DNA from: Terriglobia bacterium
GTDB lineage: Bacteria; Acidobacteriota; Polarisedimenticolia; Polarisedimenticolales; JAIQFR01
Reading direction: 5' to 3'
DNA: 64,000 nucleotides
Assembly (NCBI GenBank): GCA_963748015.1
Contig: CAVVHE010000004.1
Coordinates: forward strand, 160,001 to 224,000
Every line of letters starts with the position of its first letter. Position 1 is the first letter of the stretch. The notes beneath the pieces are model-generated. The model did not search any database and was not told where the DNA came from. It saw only the letters and a list, made by a program, of their open reading frames with translations. Shown here one piece after another: positions 57,166-64,000 of this stretch. A program made the position numbers and the translations under genes.

Positions 57166-58206
57166 ATGAGAGAGAATTCGACCATCATCCTCGACGAGAA
57201 GGGGCCCCGCCAGGCGTACGGGTGGGCGTTCTCCGCTTCCACCTGGATTCACATGATCCTCCTGGTCGCGCTCGTGTGGCTGCCCGCGGTCCGGCCCCGC
57301 CAGGAGGAGAAGAAGGAAATCGTCGAGTTCGACGTCGCGAGGAAGGAGACGCCGAAGCCGAAGCCGAAGCCGAAGGAGCCCGAGCAGCGCCCGTTTCGCC
57401 AGGCTCCGGCGCAGCGGCGCACGCCGCCGCCGAGCGGCGGCGCCGCGGAGCGATCGCAGATCGTGCCGCCCTCGGCGACGCCTTTCTCTCCGCCGGAGTC
57501 CGCGCCGCAGCAACCGCCCGAGTCACAACTCGCGGTGCCGCATTCCGGGGCATCGTCCATGGGTCCGAAGGGAGACCGGGCGGCCGGTCCCGAAGGTGGC
57601 GTGGGTGAGCCCTCGGCGGGTCCGGGCCGCGGGGAGGGGGCTCCCGGGACGTCCGAGCTGTCGCGCGCGATCCTCGATTTCCGCCGCTCGCTCCTCGGGC
57701 GCCAGGGGTCGGGCGGAGGCGGCAAGGGGGACGGCGGCTCCGGCTCCGGGGGAAGCGGCATCGGGGCCGGACCGCCCAGCGCGAGCGGTTTCGGCTTCGG
57801 CAACCTCCTCTTCGAGGGGAACGACTACGACTTCGTCAAGAAGGGATACGCCTCCCAGGCTTACTACGCGATCCTCAAGGCGTGGTACCGGCGGCTGTAC
57901 GCGATGGCCGATCGCTTCGAGAAGTGGGCGTTCGCGCGCGACAACTTCATGCTCGACCACCAGAACCGGATCCGGTTCGTGATCGGGCGCAGCGGCCAGA
58001 TCGTCCAGGTGGACCTCATCGGCGAATCCGGTTGCCAGCCCCTCGACATCTCCGCGATGGACGCCCTGCGGGAGGTCGTCCTTCCCCCGCTCCCCGACGA
58101 TTTCCCCCGGAGCGAGGAAGGGGTGATCGTCACGTTCATCGCGATGGGAGACATCCACGGGATGCGCGGCGATCCCCAGCTCCGCTACGCCTACTACGGC
58201 TACTGA
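57166..58206 (+). CDS. TonB/TolA-like protein
   Basis: N-terminal TM with S...H, KPKPKP and Pro/Gly linker, C-terminal 'ESG...LD..A..AL....LPPLP' domain. Confidence 0.78.
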   Translation: MRENSTIILDEKGPRQAYGWAFSASTWIHMILLVALVWLPAVRPRQEEKKEIVEFDVARKETPKPKPKPKEPEQRPFRQAPAQRRTPPPSGGAAERSQIVPPSATPFSPPESAPQQPPESQLAVPHSGASSMGPKGDRAAGPEGGVGEPSAGPGRGEGAPGTSELSRAILDFRRSLLGRQGSGGGGKGDGGSGSGGSGIGAGPPSASGFGFGNLLFEGNDYDFVKKGYASQAYYAILKAWYRRLYAMADRFEKWAFARDNFMLDHQNRIRFVIGRSGQIVQVDLIGESGCQPLDISAMDALREVVLPPLPDDFPRSEEGVIVTFIAMGDIHGMRGDPQLRYAYYGY

Positions 58207-58239
58207 TCCGCCGGCGCGCGGGGCACGGCCCGCCGGGCG

Positions 58240-58248
58240 TGCTACAAT
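58240..58248 (+). promoter_or_regulatory. Extended -10 promoter (TGcTACAAT) 7 nt before ATG
   Basis: TGCTACAAT-CGAGAAG-ATG; no Shine-Dalgarno. Confidence 0.6.
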
Positions 58249-58255
58249 CGAGAAG

Positions 58256-59587
58256 ATGTCCAATACTTTCAAGAGCTTCGGGCTTCGCGCCGAGCTGCAG
58301 CGCTCCTTGGATGAAGCGGGTTACGAGACGCCGATGCCGATCCAGGAGCTGGCGATCCCGATCCTCCTCTCCGGGCGGGACCTCATCGGCGTGGCGCAGA
58401 CCGGCACCGGCAAGACCCTCGCGTTTCTCCTGCCGATCTTCGAGCGGCTCCGTCCCGCGGGTGGCGATCCGCAGGCCGTCGTGATCTGCCCCACGCGCGA
58501 GCTGGCGCTGCAGGTCGCCGGAGAGGCGGAGCGGTTCGGCTCCCATCTGGGGGTCCGCACGGTGACCGCCTACGGCGGCACGTCGAGCGGGGAGCAGAAG
58601 CAGGCCCTCGTGCGCGGCTGCGACCTGGTGGTCGCGACGCCGGGGCGCCTGCTCGACTTCGTCACCTCGGCCTGGCTCTCCCTGCGGAGGATCCGCTTCC
58701 TCGTGCTCGACGAGGCCGACCGGATGCTCGACATGGGGTTCATCAACGACGTCGACGCCATCGTCCGCAAGGCGCCGATGAGCCGGCAGACGATGCTGTT
58801 CTCGGCGACGTTTCCTCCCGAGATCCGCGGGCTCGCCGACCGCTACCTCCTCCATCCCGAGACGGTGCGCATCGACACGGGGACCCGCGTGAAGGCCTCG
58901 GTGGAGCACGCGATCTACCCCGTCTCGGCGGGGCGCAAGGTCGATCTCCTGCTCGAGATCATGGAGCGGGACAAGCCGGCGAAGACCCTGATCTTCACGG
59001 CGACGCGAGAGGGAACCTCCGATCTCGCCCGGCAGCTCCGGCGCGGGCGGCACGAGGTCGTGTCGCTCTCGAGCCTGCTCTCGCAGGCCAACCGCGAGCG
59101 AGCGCTCGGCGCGTTCCGGCGGGGGGAGTTCGACGTCCTGGTCGCGACGGACGTTGCGGCAAGGGGACTGGACATCACGGACATCGACCTCGTGGTGAAC
59201 TTCGACGTCCCGATGCATGCCGAGGACTACGTGCACCGGATCGGCCGGACCGGGCGCGCGGAGCGCACCGGGAAGGCCGTCACGCTCGTGACCCCTGCCG
59301 ACGAAAGGCGCGTGAGCGCGATCGAGTTCCTCCTGAAGGAGCCCGTCCCCGTCGTGCGCCTCGAGAACTTCTCCTACGGCTACGAAGGAGGGGCTCCGGC
59401 CGGCCCGCGGCACCGCTCGGGCGGCGCGAGCGGCGGTTCCCGATCGAGGGAGGCCGGCGAGCCGGCGGGGTCCGAACCGAGACGCCCTCTCCGCCGGCGG
59501 CGCTCGAGCAGCGGAGCGGCGGGTGGGAAAGGGGGCGCCGGCGCGCCCGGCAAGCGGGATGGGGACGCTCCGCATCGTCGCCGGTGA
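58256..59587 (+). CDS. DEAD-box RNA helicase (RhlE-like)
   Basis: Q motif, AQTGTGKT, PTRELA, TPGRL, DEAD, SAT, ARGLD, HRIGRTGR; basic tail. Confidence 0.95.
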   Translation: MSNTFKSFGLRAELQRSLDEAGYETPMPIQELAIPILLSGRDLIGVAQTGTGKTLAFLLPIFERLRPAGGDPQAVVICPTRELALQVAGEAERFGSHLGVRTVTAYGGTSSGEQKQALVRGCDLVVATPGRLLDFVTSAWLSLRRIRFLVLDEADRMLDMGFINDVDAIVRKAPMSRQTMLFSATFPPEIRGLADRYLLHPETVRIDTGTRVKASVEHAIYPVSAGRKVDLLLEIMERDKPAKTLIFTATREGTSDLARQLRRGRHEVVSLSSLLSQANRERALGAFRRGEFDVLVATDVAARGLDITDIDLVVNFDVPMHAEDYVHRIGRTGRAERTGKAVTLVTPADERRVSAIEFLLKEPVPVVRLENFSYGYEGGAPAGPRHRSGGASGGSRSREAGEPAGSEPRRPLRRRRSSSGAAGGKGGAGAPGKRDGDAPHRRR

Positions 59588-60128
59588 GCTGCGCGGGCGG
59601 CGGATCCGGGTCCCGCGCGGCAACGCCGTGCGGCCCACGCCCGACAAGGCTCGCGAGGCCCTCTTCGACATCCTCGGACAGGACCTGTCGGGTGCGAGGG
59701 TCCTCGATGCCTGCGCGGGAAGCGGGGCGCTCGGCTTCGAGGCGTTGAGCCGCGGGGCCGCCTCCGCCACGTTCATCGAGGCGGACCGGGTGGTCCTCGC
59801 GCTGCTTCAGGGTAACGCTCGAGGCCTCGGGGTGGAGTCCCGCTGCAGGATCCTCCACGGAAGGGCCGAGTTGCTCATCGCGCGGGGGGGCGCCGGGGGG
59901 CCGTTCGACCTCGTTCTCGCGGACCCACCGTACGCCGAGCCGCTCCGAGCCCCGCTTCTCGCGGCGCTGCTGGCGGCCGCCGGGAGCCTGGCTCCGGGCT
60001 GCCGGGTCGTGCTCGAGCGCGACGCGGCGTCCGCCCCCATCCCCAGCGGCGGTGAGGGGCTGCCCCTGGTGCGCACCGCCCGCTACGGCCGGACATGCCT
60101 CGACTTCTACCTTTTGGAAAGGACCTGA
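59559..60128 (+). CDS. rsmD: 16S rRNA m2G966 methyltransferase
   Basis: LRIVAG..RGR, RPT, AGSGALGFEALSRGA, DPPY motifs. Confidence 0.93.
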   Translation: MGTLRIVAGELRGRRIRVPRGNAVRPTPDKAREALFDILGQDLSGARVLDACAGSGALGFEALSRGAASATFIEADRVVLALLQGNARGLGVESRCRILHGRAELLIARGGAGGPFDLVLADPPYAEPLRAPLLAALLAAAGSLAPGCRVVLERDAASAPIPSGGEGLPLVRTARYGRTCLDFYLLERT

Positions 60129-60168
60129 CCCCGCCGGCCGGCTTTCGGGGGCGGCTGCGATACCGGGG

Positions 60169-60196
60169 TTGATTTCCGCCTTTTCGGCCTTATATT
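60169..60196 (+). promoter_or_regulatory. Putative sigma70 promoter of the LysM gene
   Basis: TTGATT-16 nt-TATATT in an AT-rich patch. Confidence 0.45.
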
Positions 60197-60361
60197 TGCC
60201 CCCGTCCCGATGCCAGGTCACCGGGCGTGTGCCGCACGGGCCGGCGGCTCCTGCAAAAAGGGCCGCCGCCCGGGCGTTCCTGACCGAGGGCTCGGCTTGA
60301 CTTCGAGGTCGCGCTCCGGGAGGATGGCGCGGATGCGCCCGCGGAGGAAGAGGAGTTGCTC

Positions 60362-61501
60362 ATGAGAAAGATCGGTGCGGTTGCGGCGATCGTCCTCGCG
60401 GTCCTCCTGGTGGGCGCCTACCCCATCCTGGCCGCGGACGCCACGCCGGGCGGGACGTCCACGCAGCCTCCCAAGAACCTCAAGAAGGTCGGGGACCACT
60501 GGACCCCCTGGAGCCCGCCGCAGGCGGGGCCCGACTCCTACATCATCCAGCGGGGCGACACGCTCTGGGACCTCGCGGGGAAGTGGCTCGGCGACCCGCA
60601 CCTCTGGCCCCAGGTCTGGGACCTCAACCGCTACGTGGAAGACAGCCACTGGATCTACCCGGGCGACCCGCTTGGAGTGCCCGGAAAGCCCACCGTGGTG
60701 CCGGCCGGCGGCCCGCCCGCGGCCCCTCCCGCCGAGGAGACCGGCGCGACGACGGCGGACGTTCCGCAGGAACGGCCCGCGGCGCCGGCTCCGGCTCCAT
60801 ATTCTCCGCCTCCGGCCCCGCTGCTTCCGGTCGCAGACGCTTCGGACGTCTATTGCTCCGGCATGATCGAGCCGCAGCACGAGGCGTCTTCGCTGTCGCT
60901 CATCGGCCGGGAGACCGAGCGCGAGCAGGTGGCGCAGGGGGACGTCGTTTACCTCAACCACGGACGCGACCAGGGCATCGTGCCGGGCGCCGCGTACCAG
61001 GTGCAGCGGGTGGCCGGACCGGTCGCGCACCCCGCGACGACCGGCGGACTGGGCACGATGCTGACGCGTCTCGGAAAGGTCCGCATCCTCGCGGTCCAGG
61101 AGAACACGTCCACGGCCGTCATCGAGTTGTCGTGCGCGCCGATCCGGCAGGGCGACGAGGCGGTTCCGTGGCGCGAGATCCCGATTCCGCGGATGGCCTC
61201 GATGCCGAAGTTCGATCGCTGGAACGCCGACCCCTCGGGCGGTCCGGACGGCTACGTCGTCGCCACGAAGGACGGCCTGGCGGACGTGGGTTCCGGGAAC
61301 GTGATGTTCACCGATCTCGGAAGCGCGAAGGGGCTGCAGCCCGGCTCCGTGCTCCGGGTCTACCGTGACCAGCAGGGACTGCCTCGCATGAACCTCGGCC
61401 AGGCCGTGGTCCTCGAGACCGCGCAGGACACCTCGGCCGTCAAGGTCACGCTTGCCGTGAAGGAAATCGCGGTCGGAGACCGCGTCGAGCTCGAGCGCTA
61501 G
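60362..61501 (+). CDS. Exported LysM-domain protein (TsaP-like architecture)
   Basis: Signal peptide, YIIQRGDTLWDLA...LWPQVW..N...HWIYPGD LysM; two C-terminal beta domains. Confidence 0.88.
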   Translation: MRKIGAVAAIVLAVLLVGAYPILAADATPGGTSTQPPKNLKKVGDHWTPWSPPQAGPDSYIIQRGDTLWDLAGKWLGDPHLWPQVWDLNRYVEDSHWIYPGDPLGVPGKPTVVPAGGPPAAPPAEETGATTADVPQERPAAPAPAPYSPPPAPLLPVADASDVYCSGMIEPQHEASSLSLIGRETEREQVAQGDVVYLNHGRDQGIVPGAAYQVQRVAGPVAHPATTGGLGTMLTRLGKVRILAVQENTSTAVIELSCAPIRQGDEAVPWREIPIPRMASMPKFDRWNADPSGGPDGYVVATKDGLADVGSGNVMFTDLGSAKGLQPGSVLRVYRDQQGLPRMNLGQAVVLETAQDTSAVKVTLAVKEIAVGDRVELER

Positions 61502-61530
61502 CCAGGCACGGGTCGAGTGCTCCAGCCGAG

Positions 61531-61563
61531 CGGGGGCGGGCGAGAGCCCGCCCCCGTCATTTT
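61531..61563 (+). terminator. Rho-independent terminator
   Basis: 11-bp stem CGGGGGCGGGC, GAGA tetraloop, followed by TCATTTT; between convergent genes. Confidence 0.75.
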
Positions 61564-61569
61564 CGGGGC

Positions 61570-62073
61570 TCAGATCTCGCGGAGCTTCTGCCGGAGCAGG
61601 AGGATCTCGAGGGCCAGGCCGGCCTTCGCCGTGACGCGCCGCATCAGCGGAATGTCGGGGCGCGTCATGGGCCGCTCGTCGTCGTCGAGGTAGAGGAGCG
61701 CCGCGGTGCGCTCCTTCACCAGGACCGGGAGCACCAGCGCCATCGCGGGCATCCTGCCGCCGAGCACGGTGTAGAGATCCCGGTTCCCCGGAAGCGGCGG
61801 CACCACGCCGAAGTAAAAATCACGGCTCCCCAGCGCGGCGTCGAGCACGGTGGACGCGCCGGGAGCGACGCAGATCTTCCCCAGGATCTCGGTGTCGAAT
61901 CCGCGGCCGCGGCCCGCTACCCCGCGAATCCCCTCGCGTCCGACGGCGAACAGGGCGCAGCGCGCGGCACGGCCGCCGCAGAAATCGAGGAGCGCGACGG
62001 CGAGGGCTTCGCGGTCGGCCGGACGCTCGAGACCCGCCTCGAGCCGCTTCATCGGATCGCTCTCGGTGACCAC
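61570..62073 (-). CDS. Hypothetical GAF-like protein
   Basis: GTG after GGAGG; 'ALFAV...LVLPVLVKERTAALLYLD' GAF-like pattern. Confidence 0.68.
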   Translation of the reverse strand: MVTESDPMKRLEAGLERPADREALAVALLDFCGGRAARCALFAVGREGIRGVAGRGRGFDTEILGKICVAPGASTVLDAALGSRDFYFGVVPPLPGNRDLYTVLGGRMPAMALVLPVLVKERTAALLYLDDDERPMTRPDIPLMRRVTAKAGLALEILLLRQKLREI

Positions 62074-62136
62074 CGTGACCTCCCGCGGTCCGCGGCGTCG
62101 ACTATCCGACCCGGCCAAGAGCCGGCCGACTCCGGA

Positions 62137-64000
62137 TCAGCGGCCGCGACCGCCGCCCGAGGGCCCCCGGCCCCTGTCGGGCCCTCCACCGTGGCCGCCG
62201 CGTCCCTCAGGGCGCGGTCCGCCGTGGCGTGGCCCGCCGCCGTGCGGCCGCTGCTCGCCTTCCTGCTCGGGAGGCGGTCCTGTCTCCCCGCGCTGCTCGC
62301 GGAGGACGGCCTTTCGCGAGAGGCGGACTCGTCCCTGGCCGTCGATCTCGATGACCTTGACGAGCACCTCTTCACCCTCGTCGATCTCGTCCTTGACCTC
62401 GGCGATCCGCTGCTCCGCGATCTCCGAGATGTGCAGGAGCCCCTCGACGCCGGGGAGAACCTCGACGAACGCGCCGAAGTTGACCACGCGCACGACCTTG
62501 CCCAGGTAGGTCTTCCCGAGCTCGGCCTCGGCGGTCAGCTCCTTGATGATCTCCACCGCCTTCTTGGCGGCATCCTCGTCGGTGGAGGCGATGTCCACCC
62601 GCCCGTCGTCGTGGACCTCGATCTTGCAGCCGGTCCGCTCGACGATGGAGCGGATCATCTTGCCGCCTGGCCCGATGACGTCGCGAATCTTGTCCTTGTG
62701 GATCACGATCGTGATGATCCGCGGAGCGTATTGCGAGATGTCGTCGCGCGGCTTGCCGATGGCGCGGTCCATGGTGTCGAGGATCGCGAGCCTCGCCGCC
62801 CTGGCCTGCGCGAGCGCACCGCTCATGATCTCCCGCGTGATCCCGGTGATCTTGATGTCCATCTGGAGGCCGGTGATCCCGGCCCGGGTCCCCGCGACCT
62901 TGAAGTCCATGTCGCCGTGGTGGTCCTCCGCCCCCGCGATGTCGGTGAGCACGGCGTAGCGGTCTCCCTCCTTGACGAGCCCCATCGCGATCCCGGCGAC
63001 CGGAGACTTCATCGGCACGCCGGCGTCCATGAGCGCGAGGGATCCTCCGCAGATGGTCGCCATCGAGGAGGAGCCGTTCGACTCGAGGATGTCCGACACG
63101 ATCCGGATCGTGTACGGCCACTCCTCTTCCTTGGGCGTCAGGGGGAGCAGGGATCGCTCGGCGAGGGCGCCGTGGCCGATCTCGCGCCGGCCGGGGCCCC
63201 GCAGGAACTTCACCTCGCCCACGGAGAACGGCGGGAAGTTGTAGTGCAGCATGAACCGCCTGAACGACTCGCCCTCGATCCAGTCGAGGCGCTGGGCGTC
63301 GGCGGAGGTGCCGAGGGTCACGGTCACGAGGGCCTGCGTCTCGCCCCGCGTGAACAGCGCCGACCCGTGGGTGCGGGGCAGGACGGAGACCTCGCTCCGG
63401 ATCTCGCGGATCTGGTCGAATCGGCGCCCGTCGAGCCGGATCCCCTTGCCGAGCACCTCGTCCCGGAGGATCAGGTCCTGCATCTCGCCCCACATGCGCG
63501 AGGCGAACGCCTTCTCTTCCTTCTGCTCCTCGTTGAACCCCGCGAGCAGCTCCTCCTTGAGGGCGTCCACCTTCGCGTAGCTCTCGAGCTTGCCCGGGGT
63601 CCGCATCGCGTCCGCCAGACGGTTCCGGAAGGCGCCGAGCAGCTTCTCGCGGAGGCCGGCGGGCTCGGCCAGGGCCTTGACGGAGCGCCGCGTCTTGCCG
63701 ATCTCCGCGGCCAGCTCCTTCTCCACCGCGACGATCTTGCGAACCGCGTCGTGCCCGCGCGAGATCGCCTCGAGCAGCTCCTCCTCGGACACCTCGGACG
63801 CTCCCGCCTCGACCATCACCACCGCGTCTTCCGAGCCCGCGACGACCAGGTCCAGGCGGCTCGTCTGGAGCTGCTGGAAGGTCGGGTTCAGCAGGTATTC
63901 GCCCTCGGGCGTCAGGCCGACGCGCACGGCGGCGATCGGGAACGGGAAGGGGATGTCGGAAATGGCGAGGGCGAACGACGCGCCCGTGATCGCGAGTACG
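62137..64000 (-). CDS. pnp: Polyribonucleotide nucleotidyltransferase (5' end beyond window)
   Basis: RTHGSALFTRGETQ, RREIGHG, SNGSSSMA, GDMDFKVAG, KH and S1 domains. Confidence 0.97.
   Translation of the reverse strand, partial: VLAITGASFALAISDIPFPFPIAAVRVGLTPEGEYLLNPTFQQLQTSRLDLVVAGSEDAVVMVEAGASEVSEEELLEAISRGHDAVRKIVAVEKELAAEIGKTRRSVKALAEPAGLREKLLGAFRNRLADAMRTPGKLESYAKVDALKEELLAGFNEEQKEEKAFASRMWGEMQDLILRDEVLGKGIRLDGRRFDQIREIRSEVSVLPRTHGSALFTRGETQALVTVTLGTSADAQRLDWIEGESFRRFMLHYNFPPFSVGEVKFLRGPGRREIGHGALAERSLLPLTPKEEEWPYTIRIVSDILESNGSSSMATICGGSLALMDAGVPMKSPVAGIAMGLVKEGDRYAVLTDIAGAEDHHGDMDFKVAGTRAGITGLQMDIKITGITREIMSGALAQARAARLAILDTMDRAIGKPRDDISQYAPRIITIVIHKDKIRDVIGPGGKMIRSIVERTGCKIEVHDDGRVDIASTDEDAAKKAVEIIKELTAEAELGKTYLGKVVRVVNFGAFVEVLPGVEGLLHISEIAEQRIAEVKDEIDEGEEVLVKVIEIDGQGRVRLSRKAVLREQRGETGPPPEQEGEQRPHGGGPRHGGPRPEGRGGHGGGPDRGRGPSGGGRGR

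Noticed and set aside
57350..57375. GCCGAA tandem repeat
   Set aside because: It encodes the KPKPKP linker typical of TonB-like proteins; in-frame and not an obvious phase-variation tract.

Overview
Very GC-rich, gene-dense core-genome segment of a diderm bacterium. Gene content and order suggest Acidobacteriota, which is an inference. It holds about 57 real CDSs among many GC-driven shadow ORFs. Left half: partial NapC/NirT-type multiheme cytochrome, two tandem GAPDH paralogues, proS, pcm, asmA, mpl, a FecR/DUF6600-like protein, def-fmt, lemA/TPM, PASTA-rpe-thioesterase-bamD, DUF72, a hybrid histidine kinase, hslVU-lipoprotein-dapF, Slt and a TPR protein. Right half: lpxC-ntrY-ntrX, an ECF sigma/anti-sigma pair, two tandem GGDEF-PilZ paralogues, tsaB-rimI, psd-pssA, lolC/E-lolD, clpC-like, bamA-skp-lpxD-fabZ-lpxA, a serine hydrolase, TonB-like, a DEAD-box helicase, rsmD, a LysM protein and partial pnp. 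I saw no tRNA, rRNA, CRISPR array, transposase or prophage gene. The most unusual signal is non-coding: three dispersed ~160-180 bp intergenic elements (4765-4941, 47347-47505, 55812-55968) that fold into the same three-way junction. Their junction nucleotides and TTCC loop are conserved, their inner stems covary, and their perfect 27-34 bp closing arms are unrelated in sequence. A related hairpin lies at 3111-3195 and a separate REPIN-like palindrome at 13761-13850. Other oddities: two canonical/degenerate paralogue pairs (GAPDH, diguanylate cyclase), a bamD signal peptide with no in-frame start codon, and a BamA with a POTRA insertion and an EF-hand-like extracellular loop.
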